NCBI GenBank assembly: GCA_010015805.1
Contig: ML978129.1
Span: 186,001 to 250,000, forward strand
Direction of reading: 5' to 3'
Source of the DNA: Rhizodiscina lignyota
Taxonomy: Eukaryota
Length of the DNA stretch: 64,000 nucleotides
Shown here: positions 10,446-21,933 of the stretch, in pieces
Layout of the letters: each line of letters starts with the position of its first letter
Numbering within the stretch: position 1 is the stretch's first letter
Translations under genes and position numbers: made by a program
Notes under the pieces: generated by a model
What the model was told of the DNA's origin: nothing
The model's database searches: none
Seen by the model: only the letters and a program-made list of their open reading frames with translations

Positions 10446-11638
10446 GTCGGTGGTGGTGAAAGAAAGTTGGAGAAGGGAAGATGGAGGTGTTCTTATAGGG
10501 AAAAATTTGCACAGCGGGTCACGGGGTTTGATGAAACCCCAGGCAACGCCATGGCAACAGATCCGATCTCGGGAGCTTCAGAGGAGATGACAACACCCGG
10601 GAGAGTAGTAGCCGCGTGTAGAAACATATACCGTTCCCACCTCATGTTGACGTAGGTGGTGTTGCCAACGAATTTGAGAAGGCCAGAGCTCCAAACTCAA
10701 GCTTCTGATTGGAGGAAGAAGATTGCATCGAAGGGCAAGTTATGCTTGAAGCAGAATAGCTCGTGTTTCAATGCCGCCCGTATCTTGCAGAATCCGATAG
10801 TCTCTTTCTTGACCAGAGAATAGCAGCCGGCTTGCCAGACGACAGCCGCCGTGATGGACAAGTACTGGTCTTTTCTGAATGCTCAAAGTGAATTAAACTT
10901 AGGAAACAGGAACAGAAGAATGGAGCTTCAATACGGTCATTTCCATCTCCATAACCACTTGGGCATTTACGGCCCACTGCAGGCTACTCCTCCAGCGGAA
11001 CGTCAAACCCGTAGCTCATAAAAGATGCTAGCTCCAGGCATAGTCAATGCTACACTCGGCCGCACACAGAAGACGGGTAAGTTTATAGGAGCCCTAGTCA
11101 ATTCATTCGTCTAGAGGAAGTTCCAAGTACATCCTCCTTGCCGCTCCTCCTCCTTCTTGTGCATTTTCAAAGTCATGCGCAGTGCTAGCAGACACTCGCT
11201 CAAATGAGATGTACATAGAAGGTAAAGCTATATGAGACTTAAATATTTCAATACTTGGAATAGAGTTTGATATGGGATTGATGAATAATGGATAGATGCT
11301 TCTGTCGATTCACCTACAGCGACGGGTTGGAGGCGGAAGAAGTAGCGTTATACGAGAGCAGACCGTTGCCGACCGATGCATTCGATTGTGTCTGAGTGCG
11401 GCTAATGAATTTACGACATAGACGTAGACTGCTATTAGATTGCCCGAGTGAAGTGAAGTGAAGCCCCTGACTTGATGTTGATTTAGACTCCGGCTTTCTG
11501 ATTGGCTGGGCTCGTCCTCCGACGTCATTCCGACGGCTTGCCGATGCGGCGAACTCGATTAATAAAAGTTACGGCATGAAGACTTCATCTTCAATTCTCC
11601 CTTCTCTTCTGACTTGTATATCATTAGGAACTTACAAT

Positions 11639-12664
11639 ATGTCCAGTCCTACAGTTTCGCGTACAGCTGCACGTCTTCTCTGCTCGACACGACCTACAGC
11701 ACGGTCTGCCTCTCGAACTACCACCAGCGCAGGTAGAGTGAGTTCGAGATGTCTCCACCAGGAGACTCGAGCGACACCATTCTTCGCCTCACGGATGCCA
11801 AAGAGACCTTCTGGTATCGTAACTCACAGGCTAGATGGTCTCTCGCGAACACAAATGGGCGGACGACGGACAATCTTCATACAGACCGAAGGCACACCAA
11901 ATGTCGATGTACGGAGTTTACCAATATCTTCAAGACAGAACTTAGGCGCTAACAATCTCCAGGCCCTCAAATTCAAGCCGAATAGTCGAATACTTCCCGA
12001 AAATTTCAATACACCGTACCTCGAATACCTATCTCCGCGCTCCACTCTTGCACCTCCACATCCTTCACCACTGGCGGCACAGCTTCTCAATGTGGACGGC
12101 GTGACGTCTGTATTCTTCGGCAATGACTATATCACCGTCACTAAGGACTCGGCCACGAACTGGGCACATGTCAAGCCCGAGGTCTTCTCGCTCATCACAG
12201 AAGCCGTTACCTCCGGCGCACCTATTGTCAATACAGTCTCTGGCAAGGAAGGTTCAGATGAAGGGCAAAGTGGTGCAGAACAGGACACATTAGCTTACGA
12301 CGAAGAAGACGATGAAGTAGTGGGCATGATCAAGGAGCTCCTTGAGACACGTATCCGACCAGCAATCCAAGAAGACGGCGGCGATATCGAGTTTCGCGGA
12401 TTCCACGACGGCCAAGTGCTGCTGAAACTGCGCGGAGCATGCCGAACGTGCGACTCGAGCACCGTGACGCTCAAGAACGGGATCGAGCAAATGCTCATGC
12501 ATTATATTGAAGAGGTCAAGGGCGTGCAGCAGGTGCTGGACCAGGAAGAGGAGGTCGCGATGAAGGAGTTTGCGGCTTTCGAAGAGAAGCTAAGGAGGGC
12601 GAAGGGTCTGGATGCGGTTCCACCGACGACCCCAGGGAAGGGTTCGCTGGATACTGTCGAGTAA
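11639..12664 (+). CDS. NFU1: Mitochondrial Fe-S cluster carrier NifU-like protein; intron 11909-11962
   Basis: Arg/Ser-rich presequence, IFIQTEGTPN..ALKFKP, IRPAIQEDGGDI, GACRTCDSSTVTLKNGIE (CxxC). Confidence 0.95.
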   Translation: MSSPTVSRTAARLLCSTRPTARSASRTTTSAGRVSSRCLHQETRATPFFASRMPKRPSGIVTHRLDGLSRTQMGGRRTIFIQTEGTPNVDVRSLPISSRQNLGANNLQALKFKPNSRILPENFNTPYLEYLSPRSTLAPPHPSPLAAQLLNVDGVTSVFFGNDYITVTKDSATNWAHVKPEVFSLITEAVTSGAPIVNTVSGKEGSDEGQSGAEQDTLAYDEEDDEVVGMIKELLETRIRPAIQEDGGDIEFRGFHDGQVLLKLRGACRTCDSSTVTLKNGIEQMLMHYIEEVKGVQQVLDQEEEVAMKEFAAFEEKLRRAKGLDAVPPTTPGKGSLDTVE

Positions 12665-12957
12665 AGCAGCAGGGCTCAGATGCAATTCTCTTTTGGGATG
12701 ATGGGATTGCTGTCAGTTTCGCAGTGAACAAGTTGGCGAACACACAGCTGTATGCAAAGCATCACGGTCTGTGCGAGTTGCATGCATGTCAGTTCAAAGC
12801 TCGAATCTGCTTCCGGCCTGTTCCCCCGGATTCCCGAAATGACCCACTGTGGATCTCGAGATTGTTTATGACGTACGGAACTTATCGCGAAACTCGAAGC
12901 GAATACAAAATATTAATGTTGTTGGGATACCCGAGTCAGATGCTCCAAGTATGACCG

Positions 12958-13296
12958 CAGCGTGCTTTATCCGCGTATTGTGAAACCACCGAATACAGCA
13001 AGTGAGATACTGTTCGAATGGCCGCGCGTGACCACGCGTATTGGAGCGTGACGACGATTTGCGTCTACTCCGAATATTGACCAGGCATTGGAGTGTCTGC
13101 CCCACGTGTGCGGTGAAGCTTTCGCCGCATCCGTATGGATCTCTCGCAAGCTGACCAATAACGGCGGTGGCGCGGGGGGACAGGATGGGATTCTGAATTT
13201 TTCTTGATGGCACATCCCTGTTGTGCATGAAGCGTTGAGGACGCCCGGGAACGATTGTAAGCTTTTGGTTGCCGGCCCGTACTCCGTTGTACAGCG
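12958..13296 (+). ncRNA. Candidate structured non-coding RNA (unidentified)
   Basis: Nested complementary stems, several with G-U pairs on the + strand; no credible ORF; no known family motif recognised. Confidence 0.3.
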
Positions 13297-13977
13297 CGTA
13301 ATGAGAATAGTAGACGAGATTTGCTACTGTAAAAAAATGAAATAACTCTTAGCGTAGCTTGCTCTCGCTCTTGATCGTGGAATCGAATGAAAATTACTAG
13401 CGAATTGCGACGGTCGCTAAAGAGCGTCGACACAGACTTAGGAATAATCAGAAATAAAACGTCGTACTATCATGTAGACCGCTATCAAATCCGCTACAAG
13501 GCAGAAGCTGCACTTTTCAAACAAGTTTATAGAGCCAAGGGTGTGCAGGTACTCCGTAATCTTACGGGACTCTCATGGGTAAGAATGCGCTAGGGGTGCC
13601 GCTAAATGGTGATAAAACTGGATCGCGATAGCTCGACGTGCTTGAGTAGTTGAAATTTGAAAGAAGCCCTTTCCCTCTCCTCTTCACATTCGCCGCTTTC
13701 ACGACACTCGCCTGCTTCTTGCGCCAGCGGCCACAGCCCCGCGATCGCGTCTTCACGAGCTCTTGGAGGGAGGCGCGTGTGGTGTCGAGATCGATCGCTC
13801 GCGGCAACCGAAGAAGCAAGAGCGACGAGAACGCAGCTGGATAAATCTTCGCCTCCAGCCATTGGGACCTCTTCTTCTCTTCAGAACACCTTACCCTCAA
13901 ATTCCGACCCTGTTTCTTCTACTTTGACAAACTTTTGACCCGATTTATAAACTTTCGCAAGCAGCTTCGCATTCACA

Positions 13978-16900
13978 ATGGTCCTTGTTGCAAACCAAGT
14001 GGTCCTCAGCGAGGAGGAGCGTAGGCTGAAGGAGGACCGTGACAGAACACGGTATTGGAAGAAATGGGGTCCGTATGTTGCAGAGAGGCAATGGGCTACT
14101 GGTATGTTTCTTGTTGCTCCATTTCAAAATGTGCATTTGATTGACATGTATGCAGTTCGAGAAGACTATTCGTAAGATAACGCCGTGCACGACTTGTGCA
14201 GAGAAGATTGCTAATGCACAGATAGGCAAGATGGCGACGCCTGGAGTCGTAAGTACACACTGAACGCTTAATGGAACCTGACAACTGATTTGAGTGCCAG
14301 ATTTCACCCATGACATGGCCCGCCAAAGGACCTACCGGTGGGGCGAAGACGGTATTGCAGGTGTATCGGATACACATGGTCGCATGAACATTGCCTTTGC
14401 ATTCTGGAACGAGAAGGAGTATGTGATTCTAGTCATCACGCATCAGGGCTAACAGAAAACAGTGACTTCCTCAAGGAGCGTCTCTTTGGTCTGTCGAATC
14501 CTCAGGGAAATCATGGCGAGTCCATCAAAGAGTGCCACTTTCACCTCGACAATACTCCTACCGTATGTTGAAATTACTGCGAAATCTTTCATGTCCAGAA
14601 GGATACTGACACAGGCATAGCACTCCTACATGAAATTACTCTACAAGTACCCACAACGCAAATTCCCCTACGAAGATCTCATTAAGGAGAACGCCAGACG
14701 AGGCAAGCTAGACCGCGAGTATAACATGGTGGACACTGGTATTTTCGATGACGACAGATACTGGGACATCTTCATCGAGATGGCAAAGGAGGCAGACGAC
14801 CCAGAGGAGCTGTGCTTCCGAGTGACAGCGTACAATCGTGGCCCGGAGCGCGCAGCTCTGCATATCCTCCCGCATGTTTGGTTCAGGAACACTTGGGGCT
14901 GGGGCTACAAACAGGAGGACCCGAAGCCATCCATTAGACAAGTTGGAGACACGACTGCACAAGTTAAGCATCCGCAGCTGGGTCAGCGGTATTTTCAGCT
15001 CTCTCCGTCTCCGGGCGTTGGACGCACCGGCAATGACGTTGAGCCAAAGCTTCTATTCACGGAGAATGAGAGCAACAACGTTGGGCTGTGGGGTGCAACC
15101 AAGAACAGCACACCTTACGTGAAGGACGCCTTCCATCGATATATTGTCGACGAGGAAGATGAAGCAGTCAATCCGCAGCACGTCGGTACGAAGTCCTGTG
15201 CATGGTACTCCTTCGATGAATCTGGTGGCGTTGCTCCTGGTGAATGCGCTGTGGTCCGTTTCCGCATCTCGAAGCGTTACGAAGGCTATTTAGACGAAGA
15301 GTTGTTTGACGACATCATCGAACAGCGGCGTGTCGAGGCAGACGAGTTTTACTACCGCATCAGCCCGCTTCCAATGAGCGATGACTTAAGGAACATCCAG
15401 CGACAGGCATTTGCCGGCATGCTCTGGTGCAAGCAGTACTACCACTTCGTCTGGGATCAGTGGGCTAATGGTGATCCCGGCATGCCTCCTCCACCGTCTG
15501 GAAGGAAGAACATCCGTAACAAGCATTGGAAGCATATGTACCTTGATGACATCCTGTCAATGCCGGACTCTTGGGAGTATCCGTTCTTTGCAGCTTGGGA
15601 TTCGGCATTCCACTGCATTCCACTGGCAATGATTGACCCTGACTTTGCGAAGAAGCAGCTCGATCTCTTCACTCGTGAATGGTACATGCATCCCAATGGT
15701 CAGCTTCCGGCGTACGAGTGGAACTTTGGCGACGTCAATCCTCCTGTGCACGCCTGGTCGACTTTCCGCACGTTCAAGATTGAGCGCAAGATGTACGGCC
15801 GTGAAGATCTGGACTTCCTTGAGCGGGTCTTCCAGAAGCTGTTGCTCAACTTCACCTGGTGGGTCAACAGGAAGGACTTTGATGGCAAGAATATCTTCGA
15901 AGGCGGCTTCTTAGGCCTCGACAATATCGGACTGTTTAACCGGTCTGATCCTTTACCTACCGGGGGTGTCCTTGAGCAAGCAGACAGCACTGGCTGGATG
16001 GCATTCTACTGCCTCTGCATGCTGAATATCGCGCTTGAGCTCGCGAAGCACAGGCGTATCTACGAAGACATTGCATCCAAATTTTTCGAGCATTTCATCC
16101 TCATCAGTGATGCAATGCAATACCGCCAAGGTGGAGAGGAGAAATCGCTCTGGAATGAGGAAGACGGTTTCTACTACGACGCTATCTCCTGGGGCGGTCC
16201 ATGGAGCCACTCGATGCCGGTGCGATCGCTTGTCGGCCTTATCCCTCTCTTCGCTACTCTCACACTCGAGCCCGAAGTTATCAACAAATTTCCTTCTTTC
16301 AAGCGCCGCATGGAATGGTTCATCGAGAATCGCCACGACGTCGCAGAGCGTAACCTCGCAAGTATGAGGCGTCGTGGCAAGGATGACCGTATTCTCCTTT
16401 CCCTTGTTAGCGAGGATCGTCTGCGCAGAATACTCCAGCGTATGATTGACGAGGGTGAGTTCCTGTCTGAATATGGCATCCGCTCGTTGAGCAAGTATCA
16501 CCAGCAACATCCATACTCAATGGACGTCAATGGCCAGCGCTTCCAAGTCAGCTATATCTCGGGAGATTCGGATAGCGGCCTCTTTGGTGGTAACAGCAAT
16601 TGGCGTGGTCCCATCTGGATTGCGGTCAACTTCTTGCTCATTGAGAGCCTGCAGCGCTTCTACATGTTCTATGGCAACAACCTAAAGGTAGAGTGTCCCA
16701 CCGGCTCTGGTGACTATATGCATCTCGGACATGTAGCAGAGGAAGTTCAGCATCGGTTGCAGCATCTCTTCGCCAGAGGTGATGACGGCCGTCGTGCCAT
16801 CTATGCAGGAAATGAGATGCTGGACTTTGACCCCAACTGGAAGGACTATCTGTGGTTCTTTGAGTTCTTCGACGGAGACACTGGACGTGGATTGGGCGCA

Positions 16901-17430
16901 AGCCATCAATGTGGATGGACGGGGTTGATCGCAAAGATGATCCATGACACTGGGTACGCCTTCCTCTTCCCATACTTAATATGCATCTTTACTAACAATG
17001 AAACAGCGTCTCTTGCCGTCTTCCGCAGACCCCACGCACCCCAGCTACTGCCGCATCTCACTATTTCGACGAACATTTCACCCGCAACGAACGCCAAGCC
17101 ATCAAGCCGTCGCAGCTGCGCCGCTCTTCTACCTCTGGCCGATCGATCGGCAGGATGCAGACGAACGGCAGCGAGAACGGATACAACGATCACCCACTCG
17201 ATGATGATGATGAGGATGAAGACGAACGAGAAGGACTCGAGTTCAGGGCGAAACTCAAAAGAATCAATTCCATTGGCTATCCAACTGGTGACGATTTAGA
17301 GAAGAAGAAGGAGCAAGATGCCAAGGTTGCGAGCTATGTGAGCGATCAGTTGCATCGCATGAGGGTCGATGACGACTTCGGACCGAGCGGAATGCATGAT
17401 GAGATTGAGGCGCAGCTCGATGGCACGTAA
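13978..17430 (+). CDS. GH63-like (six-hairpin) glucosidase, YMR196W-like; several short 5' exons, last intron 16954-17006
   Basis: [64 protein letters not shown]. Confidence 0.93.
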
Positions 17431-17862
17431 TGATGATGATTGATGAGGATTGCGCATGGGAGTTATTGCACCGGCATTGCATAGAAAGTAGACTTTAGCG
17501 AGCTGGACCTGATTGACCTAGAGGTAGATTCCTATGACAAACATTGATTTCATTCAGGCGGAGTATCAGCTCGAAGATAATAAGTGCATTTGCGAATGTG
17601 GACATGAATCTGAGCCTCTAGATTCCATTGCCCATGATTAAAACATTACACTTCTATAGCAATCTGCTTTCAAGCAATTGTAGTTGAGTGGATGTTGCCA
17701 TTGTCGAAGGGTTTGTTGTGTATTTTATGTAACACTTCGCTCGTCGGTGATTAACCTTTTCGGAGATGGCCGCAAGATTATTCCCACCGCTAACGATCCA
17801 CTCTCGTGCAAATAAATTACCTTCTCCCTTTAATATATTCTAATGCTCCCAATTCTTTGAAT

Positions 17863-19729
17863 ATGGCTCAATTGGCTCGGAGACCCCTCCTTTCGTCTTC
17901 GACAAGATGTATCGTTCCCTCGTTGACATCTCGGAGATCGTTCCACGCCTCGCCAAGATGGAATCTACGAACGACAGAAATGTCGGAGAAGGATCTTGGG
18001 GACTTGAAGGTTTCACAGAAGAGGTTGATGGAAGAGCTGCAGCATAGTTGCAAATGGGGAACTGGGAAGCGCTATGGAGAGTAAGTTTCTCTGTAATTGA
18101 GAGTGTATAGTTCACCAATTTCCATTTTGGTTCAGATAAAGAGTTGGAATTTCTTCAATTGGGTAGTTTCCAGCTCATTCTACTATGCTCAATCAAGATT
18201 TTGTCCTATTCTGTGGAGTATCTTTACCTTTATACCGTCTCGTCTTTTGCTGTTCACATCTCAATCGTGGCTCTCCACTTCTCATATTCCCGCCATGGAG
18301 GTTGGCCCTACCCTCTCAACCCTTATCACTGTCCTAAATGGCAACTCCACCTATACTTTATACAAAACCAGTCTAACCTCACTTCTCAGCGGTCCCAACG
18401 AGACCGGCATGTCACGCCTTTCGCTCTCCGACGGCGACAACTACGTGCGTGACTGGTTCGTCGACACGATGCGCTCGCTCAACTGCACCACGACCATCGA
18501 TGCAATGGGCAACATTTTCGCCGTGCGTCCGGGTCTAAGGAACGACGTCCCACCTACGTTCGCGGGCTCTCACCTCGACACGCAGCCGTCGGGAGGCCGG
18601 TACGACGGAATTTTGGGAGTGCTGGCGGGCATGGAGATGATCAGGGTGCTGAATGATAACTGGGTAGAGACGGAGTTTCCTGTGGGAGTAGTGAATTGGA
18701 CAAAGTATCCCATCCCTATCTCGCCTTCTCTCCTGAGCTATGACCGTAAACTTACTCTCTTACAGTGAGGAAGGCGCACGGTTCCCTCTCTCTATGTGTG
18801 CCTCCGGCGTCTGGGCCGGAGCCACTCCAATCGAAGAAGCATACAACTTGCATTCTGTAATTCATGACAACGCGACCATGAAGGCCGAGCTCGAGCGCAT
18901 CGGATACTTAGGCGAGACGCCCTGCAGCTATGAAGCCATGCCCATGGCCGCGCATTTCGAGCTGCATATCGAGCAAGGCCCGATCCTCGAGGCCGAAAAG
19001 CGCAAAGTGGGCGCCGTGGTCGGCGTACAGGCGTACAAATGGTTCACGGTGCAAGTCACGGGGCGAGACGCGCACACGGGGACGACGCCGCTTGAGAATC
19101 GCGCGGATGCGCTGCTTGCAAGTGCGAGGATGATGCAGCATGCGCATCGGGCGGCGACGAAGTATGGTGCGAGGGCGTCGACAGGGATTTTGACCTTGGA
19201 GCCGGGCAGCACGAATACGATTCCGGGGTCGGTGCGGTTCAGTCTGGATGTTAGGGCGCCGAGTGATGAGATTGTTGCACAGGTGGAGGAGCACTGTAGA
19301 GAGGCATTCACGAAGATAGGGGCGCATGAGGGCGTTCAGCTTGAAGGGAAGGCGTACGATTATACTGAGGGCGGGACGAAGGGACTGCCTTGTGGCGTGG
19401 AGTGGACGGTTGACAGCGTCTCGCCGGCTGTGAACTTCCATCCTGATTGCATCACTTGCGTCAAAGAGTCGGCTGCCGGGCTATTTGGAGCATCCGAAGT
19501 TGGCACGCTGACGAAGGATATGGTGAGTGGAGCCGGTCACGATAGTGTGCACGCGAGCAAGCGGTGTCCAACGAGCATGATATTCGTGCCATGTCGAAAT
19601 GGTGTGAGCCACAATCCAGAGGAGTACGCGACGGATGAGGATTGCGCGATAGGGGCACAGGTCCTTACAGGAGCTGTTGTGAGATATGACCGATTAAGGG
19701 CAAAGAAGGAGCCAAACTTGAGAGTATGA
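17863..19729 (+). CDS. M20-family N-carbamoyl-amino-acid hydrolase / beta-alanine synthase (PYD3-like); introns 18081-18389, 18705-18765
   Basis: GSHLDTQPSGGRYDG, WTNEEGARFP, ELHIEQGP, SGAGHDS, SHNPEE; mitochondrial-type presequence. Confidence 0.92.
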
Positions 19730-19885
19730 GAGTCAAAACATTTGGACATGCTTGTATTTAAGGATTCCGCATTCGGCTACAAACCGACGCCATCTTCATG
19801 CCAGACGTGGAAATTTGCAAAAGTTTGAAAGTCACAGCCTAGAATTCATGCTGTGCTCGAGGACCTCCCCAGCATCTTGAAGTTC

Positions 19886-20589
19886 TTACGAAGGAGGCGC
19901 ACCACGACCCCGTCCGAATCCACCCCTGAATGTCGGCGCAAATCCACCAGGCGCATCGCCACCCTCCTTGCCCTCGTCTCTCCTCCTGTATCCACCCTCA
20001 CGGTCACCACGGCCTCCGCGTCCACCGCCACGGCGCTCCCTGTCGTCACCACCCATCATGCCGCGTGGTGGAGCATGCGAACGCTGCTGCTTGATGTGTG
20101 TCTGCGGGACAATCTCGGCGGGGAGGTGCAGCCACTCGCGCAGGTAGTCGAGGCCCTCGGGCGTCAGGGTGTAGTAGTACCATTGCCAGGAGAATTGCGT
20201 CTTGACGTAGCCGCGGGAGTTGAGGGATTGCATCGCCTTGATGACCTGTGTGTGGCGTGTTAGATATCGCTGTGTTCTACAGTGTAGAGCAGTGTCTATT
20301 GGATCGTTTGTGTTGGATAACGTACAAAGAGGTTCGAGGTGTCGATGTTCGGATGCGTCTCACGGTTGTAGTCCTTGGGAGCGACCATCACGCCCTCTGA
20401 GGATATTGTCAGTATTACTCTTCAATGAAGGTTTCCGATGAGCAATTATTGATAGCTCTATGATAAATGTTGGGGGGGTTCGTACCTCGAAAGAGGTATT
20501 CGTGGATCTTCTTGCGATCCGCCTTTGGAATGAGCCTAGGGAGAGTCAGTATTTTCCATATAACAGAATCATTGTGGGTGAATTCACAT
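19886..20589 (-). CDS. RPS10: 40S ribosomal protein S10 (eS10), 3 introns
   Basis: [23 protein letters not shown]...[46 protein letters not shown] tail; ATG split AT|G by intron 20536-20587. Confidence 0.96.
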
Positions 20590-20924
20590 CTTGACGGTAT
20601 TGTCGAGTGCTCTGCTGATGCGGTTGGAGGAGAATGCAAGTTATCAACAGGCGATTTGTTTAAGTTCGCGATGCACCTCGTTGAATTCGTTGGAGTGTGG
20701 GCGGAGCCACAGAATCTCCGAGCGCCGACATGCCCCTCGCCTCCGAGATTTTGCCGGTCTCCGCGCCTCGCCATTTAATGTTCGAGACCTTCCCTCACTC
20801 TTCACATTATTTAACATTCAGGCTCGCGTCCCCATATATCCCCAACGCTCGCACTCATCCACCGCAACTGTCCACGAGCTTTCCAAGCGCAAATCCACAC
20901 AACCTTTCCACCTCTGCCACCATC

Positions 20925-21797
20925 ATGGCCCCAACAACCATCAACGTCCTCATCTCCTCCTTCCCAGGCCTAGGCCTCCCATCAACGCTCTCCCTGCCTC
21001 TACCATCTACAACAACCATTCAAGACCTCACATCGACCTTGTACTCCCGCCTACCGTCAGTCGACTACCGTCTCCTCCTCACCACAAACTCAAACAAGCT
21101 CCTCAAACCTACATCCTCAGTACCAATCTCATCGCTTCTCTCAAATCAAAATGAGACCATTTTACCTCTACGACTATCCGTACCCCTTTGTGGTGGCAAA
21201 GGTGGTTTCGGGAGCCAGCTCCGTGCAGCCGGCGGCCGCATGTCGTCTCGGAAGAAGCAAGGCGCAGACACAACTGGATCGAGCCGCAACCTCGATGGTC
21301 GCCGACTGCGCACTGTCAACGAGGCGAAAGCGCTGGCGGAGTATTTGGCAGTGAAGCCGGAGATGGCTCGACGGGAGAAAGAAGAACGAAAGAAACGCTG
21401 GGAAGCGATCGTCGAGGCGGCGGATAAGAAAGAAGAAGAGCTCAGGAATATGGGCAAGAAGGCGAGATTAGACGAGAAGTGGCTGGAGGACAAGGAGGAG
21501 GCTGAGAGGAAGACAAGGGAGGCGGTCCTGGCGGCGCTACAAAAGGGCGAAGTCAAGAGCGCGATTGGGCAGGTTGGAGAGAGCAGTGGGAGTGAGGAGG
21601 CCAGCCCGGAGGGAAGTGAGAGTGAGGATGAAATTCCGGCGAAGGCGGATGCCAACGCGAAGGACCACGTTCAGACCAGCAGAACTTTCTTCGGATGGGA
21701 CGAAGAGGATGATTTCATGAGCGATGAGAATGAAGAGGATGAAGAAACCCTAGAAGAGAAGCAGAATGTCAAGGAGAAGGGCAAAGCCAAAGCATGA
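20925..21797 (+). CDS. SDE2: Sde2 splicing/telomere-silencing factor (ubiquitin-fold activated)
   Basis: Ubiquitin-like N-terminus followed by LCGG|KGGFGSQLRAAGGRM and RNLDGRRLRTVNEAK. Confidence 0.93.
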   Translation: MAPTTINVLISSFPGLGLPSTLSLPLPSTTTIQDLTSTLYSRLPSVDYRLLLTTNSNKLLKPTSSVPISSLLSNQNETILPLRLSVPLCGGKGGFGSQLRAAGGRMSSRKKQGADTTGSSRNLDGRRLRTVNEAKALAEYLAVKPEMARREKEERKKRWEAIVEAADKKEEELRNMGKKARLDEKWLEDKEEAERKTREAVLAALQKGEVKSAIGQVGESSGSEEASPEGSESEDEIPAKADANAKDHVQTSRTFFGWDEEDDFMSDENEEDEETLEEKQNVKEKGKAKA

Positions 21798-21933
21798 AAA
21801 GGTCTTGACGTTTGGCGTTCGGGATGGTTCTCTGGAGCAAATGATACCCCATTTTCTGTTTTCGGTAGCACGTCATAGCATGTTCAAAAGTCAGTAGATC
21901 AAACTTCACTGGTCTCCTGTTCTCGCTCTATAA

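Noticed and set aside
11909..11962. Apparent peptide insertions in NFU1 (and MSN5 45462-45512)
   Set aside because: Stop-free 3n introns with GT, branch point and AG; ordinary splicing explains them
14198..14212. CAGAGAAGATTGC resembling the U6 ACAGAGA box
   Set aside because: Lies in a short intron of the GH63 gene; no other U6 sequence
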